From: Guillardia theta CCMP2712
Taxonomy: Eukaryota > Protista > Cryptophyta
Length of the DNA stretch: 64,000 bases
Assembly (NCBI RefSeq): GCF_000315625.1
Contig: NW_005434608.1
Span: forward strand, 319,747-383,746
Direction: 5' to 3'
Numbering within the stretch: position 1 is the first letter of the stretch; each line of letters opens with the position of its first letter. The notes under the pieces are model-generated. The model ran no database searches. It was not told the origin of the DNA and saw nothing but the letters and a program-made list of their open reading frames with translations. The translations under genes were made by a program, and so were the position numbers. Positions 61,074 to 64,000 of this stretch are shown here, in pieces.

Positions 61074-61340
61074 CTTGAAAGATGTCAACTCGTGACATCG
61101 TGTACTAGTGCTTGTGAATGTATGTACTGTTTACAGTGTTGATGGTCAATAATACACTGATATTTTTAATACTTGTTGTGCCCTTCTCTCACTATTCACC
61201 TTCTTCTCGGCTTCAAGGTTGTCCTGATGTGCGTCTACCCTATGTTTCTCTCTTGCAGTCACGAAGCTGGAGGTCTAACTTCCTGCCTGCTCTGATTCCC
61301 TATAATATTCTGCTTTGCTGCCTTCACTTCTCATCTTTCT

Positions 61341-61512
61341 CACCTCACCTCACCTCACCTCTCCTCTCCTCTCCTCACCTCACCTCTCCTCTCCTCTCCT
61401 CTCCTCTCCTCTCCTCTCCTCTCCTCTCCTCTCCTCTCCTCTCCTCTCCTCTCCTCTCCTCTCCTCTCCTCTCCTCTCCTCTCCTCTCCTCTCCTCTCCT
61501 CTCCTCTCCTCC
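61341..61512 (+). repeat. (CCTCT)n pentamer
   Basis: Read directly; the same unit occurs at ~44370-44422. Confidence 0.95.
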
Positions 61513-61749
61513 TTTTCGTCTTGTTCTTCCTTGCTGTCTTCTCCTCGTGCCTTCCGTTCGAGTCTCTGCTAATTTGACCTAACGGCTCAGCCATTGCATG
61601 GCATAACACAAGTGTAGGGCCCAAGAGTTACGATCAGAGAGGAGAGTCAGAGAGGAAGGAGCTATCAGATGCGAGTTCGAAGAGGGAGTCAGAGGAGGAG
61701 GACTGATTCATCAGAAAGACACTGAGCCTCCGCCAGAGGGCCGTACGGG

Positions 61750-61983
61750 GAAGAGGAGATGTCGCTGAGGAGGAGAAGGAGATGTCAGCCTGAGGAGAAG
61801 GAGATGTCAGGAGCAGGAGATGTCAAGAGAAGGAGATGTCAGGAGAAGGAGATGTCAGGAGCAGGAGATTTCAAGAGAAGGAGATGTCAAGAGAAGGAAA
61901 TGTCAGGAGGAGAAGATGTCAGGAGAAGGAGATGTCAAGAGAAGGAGATGTCAGGAGGAGAAGATGTCAGGAGAAGGAGATGT
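61750..61983 (+). repeat. 16-bp minisatellite GAGAAGGAGATGTCA(G/A), ~13-14 copies
   Basis: Read directly. Confidence 0.9.
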
Positions 61984-62230
61984 ATCGTACAAACAGGCAA
62001 GGAACTGTCAGATGTCTAAACCAACTAATACTCTTCATACTCTTCAATAAATTAAACAGTTACTGAACTAGCGGCGCCGGGCAAGTCCTGTAATAATGAC
62101 TCAGATCCTGACTCAGATCAGATCTGTAGCTTGGAATGACTCAGATCTGTAACGTGATCTGGGGAGGAAGGCTTGTACATGGCGAAAATGTGTTGTGCTT
62201 CTCCTGCTCTTTCATCTTCCTTCCTCCCAC

Positions 62231-63405
62231 TCCTTCTACTTCATCTCCTTCTACTTCAGCTCCTTCTACTTCAGCTCCTTCTACTTCATCTCCTTCTACT
62301 TCAGCTCCTTCTACTTCAGCTCCTTCTACTTCAGCTCCTTCTACTTCAGCTCCTTCTACTTCATTTCCTCTACTTCAGCTCCTTCTACTTCAGCTCCTTC
62401 TACTTCATCTTCTTCTACTTCATTTCCTTCTACTTCAGCTCCTTCTACTTTATCTCCTTCTACTTCATTTCCTTCTACTTCATCTTCTTCTACTTCAGCT
62501 CCTTCTACTTCAGCTCCTTCTACTTCATCTCCTTCTACTTCAGCTCCTTCTACTTCATCTTCTTCTACTTCAGCTCCTTCTACTTCAGCTCCTTCTACTT
62601 CATCTTCTTCTACTTCATCTTCTTCTACTTCATTTCCTTCTACTTCATCTCCTTCTACTTCATCTTCTTCTACTTCATCTTCTTCTACTTCAGCTCCTTC
62701 TACTTCATCTTCTTCTACTTCATCTCCTTCTACTTCATCTTCTTCTACTTCATCTCCTTCTACTTCAGCTCCTCTACTTCATCTCCTTCTACTTCATCTT
62801 CCTTCTACTTCTCTCCTTCTACTTCTCTCCTTCTACTTCAGCTCCTTCTACTTCATCTCCTTCTACTTCATCTTCTTCTACTTCATCTCCTTCTACTTCA
62901 TCTTCTTCTACTTCATCTTCTTCTACTTCATCTCCTTCTACTTCATCTCCTTCTACTTCATCTCCTTCTACTTCATCTCCTTCTACTTCATCTTCTTCTA
63001 CTTCATCTCCTTCTACTTCAGCTCCTTCTACTTCATCTCCTTCTACTTCATCTTCTTCTACTTCATTTCCTGCTACTTCATCTTCTTCTACTTCAGCTCC
63101 TTCTACTTCATCTCCTTCTACTTCATCTCCTTCTACTTCATCTTCTTCTACTTCATCTCCTTCTACTTCATCTCCTTCTACTTCATCTCCTTCTACTTCA
63201 GCTCCTTCTACTTCATCTTCTTCTACTTCATCTCCTTCTACTTCATCTTCTTCTACTTCATCTCCTTCTACTTCATCTCCTTCTACTTCAGCTCCTTCTA
63301 CTTCATCTCCTTCTACTTCAGCTCCTTCTACTTCATCTTCTTCTACTTCATCTTCTTCTACTTCAGCTCCTTCTACTTCATCTCCTTCTACTTCAGCTCC
63401 TCCTT
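62231..63405 (+). repeat. 15-bp minisatellite TACTTCA(T/G)CT(C/T)CTTC, ~78 copies
   Basis: Read directly; a few 14- and 16-bp units at ~62358 and 62761-62835. Confidence 0.97.
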
Positions 63406-64000
63406 CAACCGATCCTGCGCCTTTTGCTCCCGTCCTCCCATCACTCAACCGAAGATGATCTGTGAGGCTTGTGTGTATGCCTCAAAGACCAGAAACAAAC
63501 TTTCTTGAGACCATGATGCCTCTTCATGACCTGACGCTTTCCTTATGCAGCCTTCACGCATCGTTTGTGCTTGAGGTGCTGTAACAAGTTCAGCAAGTGG
63601 GACTCGACATGGTCGATTCCACCGGCAGATTGTTTCCGATCGACATCTTCCTGCATGTCTGCGAGGCGATTTCCTTTGATGTCATCCTGCAGCTCAGATG
63701 TGGTGAGGGCATGGCCGTTAGCTCTGACTTCTCTCTGCTGCTCTTGTGTGCTCATGCTTCCCCTTCCTTCGACCTCTTCATCTAGAAGCTGCAATGTTTG
63801 GGTTTGTGGTGAGGGTTGGAGGGTTCAATGCATGCCAGTTCTGTGTTTACAGTTCTCATCCTGTTCTCCTCTCTTTCAGCCTGCTCTCCTCTCCTCTCAC
63901 CTCCCCCATCATCCATGCGAACCAGGAGTGTTCATCCTGACTTCTTATGAAAGTCTGCAAGCATTGGAACAAGGAATGCGATGCTGTGCTATCTCAATTC
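62819..64000 (-). CDS. 3' part of a hypothetical gene probably ending in an acidic VE(G/E)(D/A/N)E pentapeptide array
   Basis: Minus-strand exons (LLDEEVEGRGS, DDIKGNRLADMQED, HEEASWSQE|NHLRLSDGRTG) splice in frame into the VEGDE repeats. The frame breaks at ~62820. Confidence 0.4.

Noticed and set aside
62231-63405. CRISPR-like array
   Set aside because: Units are contiguous with no unique spacers, there are no cas genes, and the context is eukaryotic.
1-64000. Transposon, rRNA, tRNA or viral insertion; metabolic gene cluster around UreF
   Set aside because: No transposase, RT, integrase or capsid motifs or RNA-gene signatures were seen by eye, and UreF's neighbours are functionally unrelated.

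Overview
Eukaryotic nuclear DNA, gene-dense, with many ~45-60 nt spliceosomal introns plus some introns inflated by microsatellites. The style is most like a cryptophyte alga (Guillardia/Hanusia-like); this is an inference, not shown directly. I spliced about 19 protein genes by hand, and CDS coordinates are gene spans including introns. Recognisable genes: alpha/beta hydrolase, ankyrin-repeat protein, OLA1/YchF, UreF, PDZ + histidine phosphatase, myotubularin-FYVE, secreted LysM protein, SH3 protein, DDX56/DBP9, STE11-like kinase, PTH2-like, secreted fibrinogen-related protein and BCCT transporter, plus several orphans. There is a 100-N gap at 44694-44793. I found no rRNA, tRNA, CRISPR array or transposase. 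Top leads: (1) a cytosolic-type OLA1 with a spliced-on signal peptide, a candidate periplastid-compartment ribosome factor; (2) a recurring intergenic architecture with CCCCTACCC copies on the left, GGGTAGGGG copies on the right, GGGCCC(C)GG boxes near gene starts and palindrome-dense CpG islands; (3) a fibrinogen-like domain split by a large insert carrying GTGxGQxRxI modules; (4) a PDZ-histidine phosphatase fusion; (5) a membrane-anchored STE11-like kinase; (6) a PTH2 with a degenerate catalytic motif.
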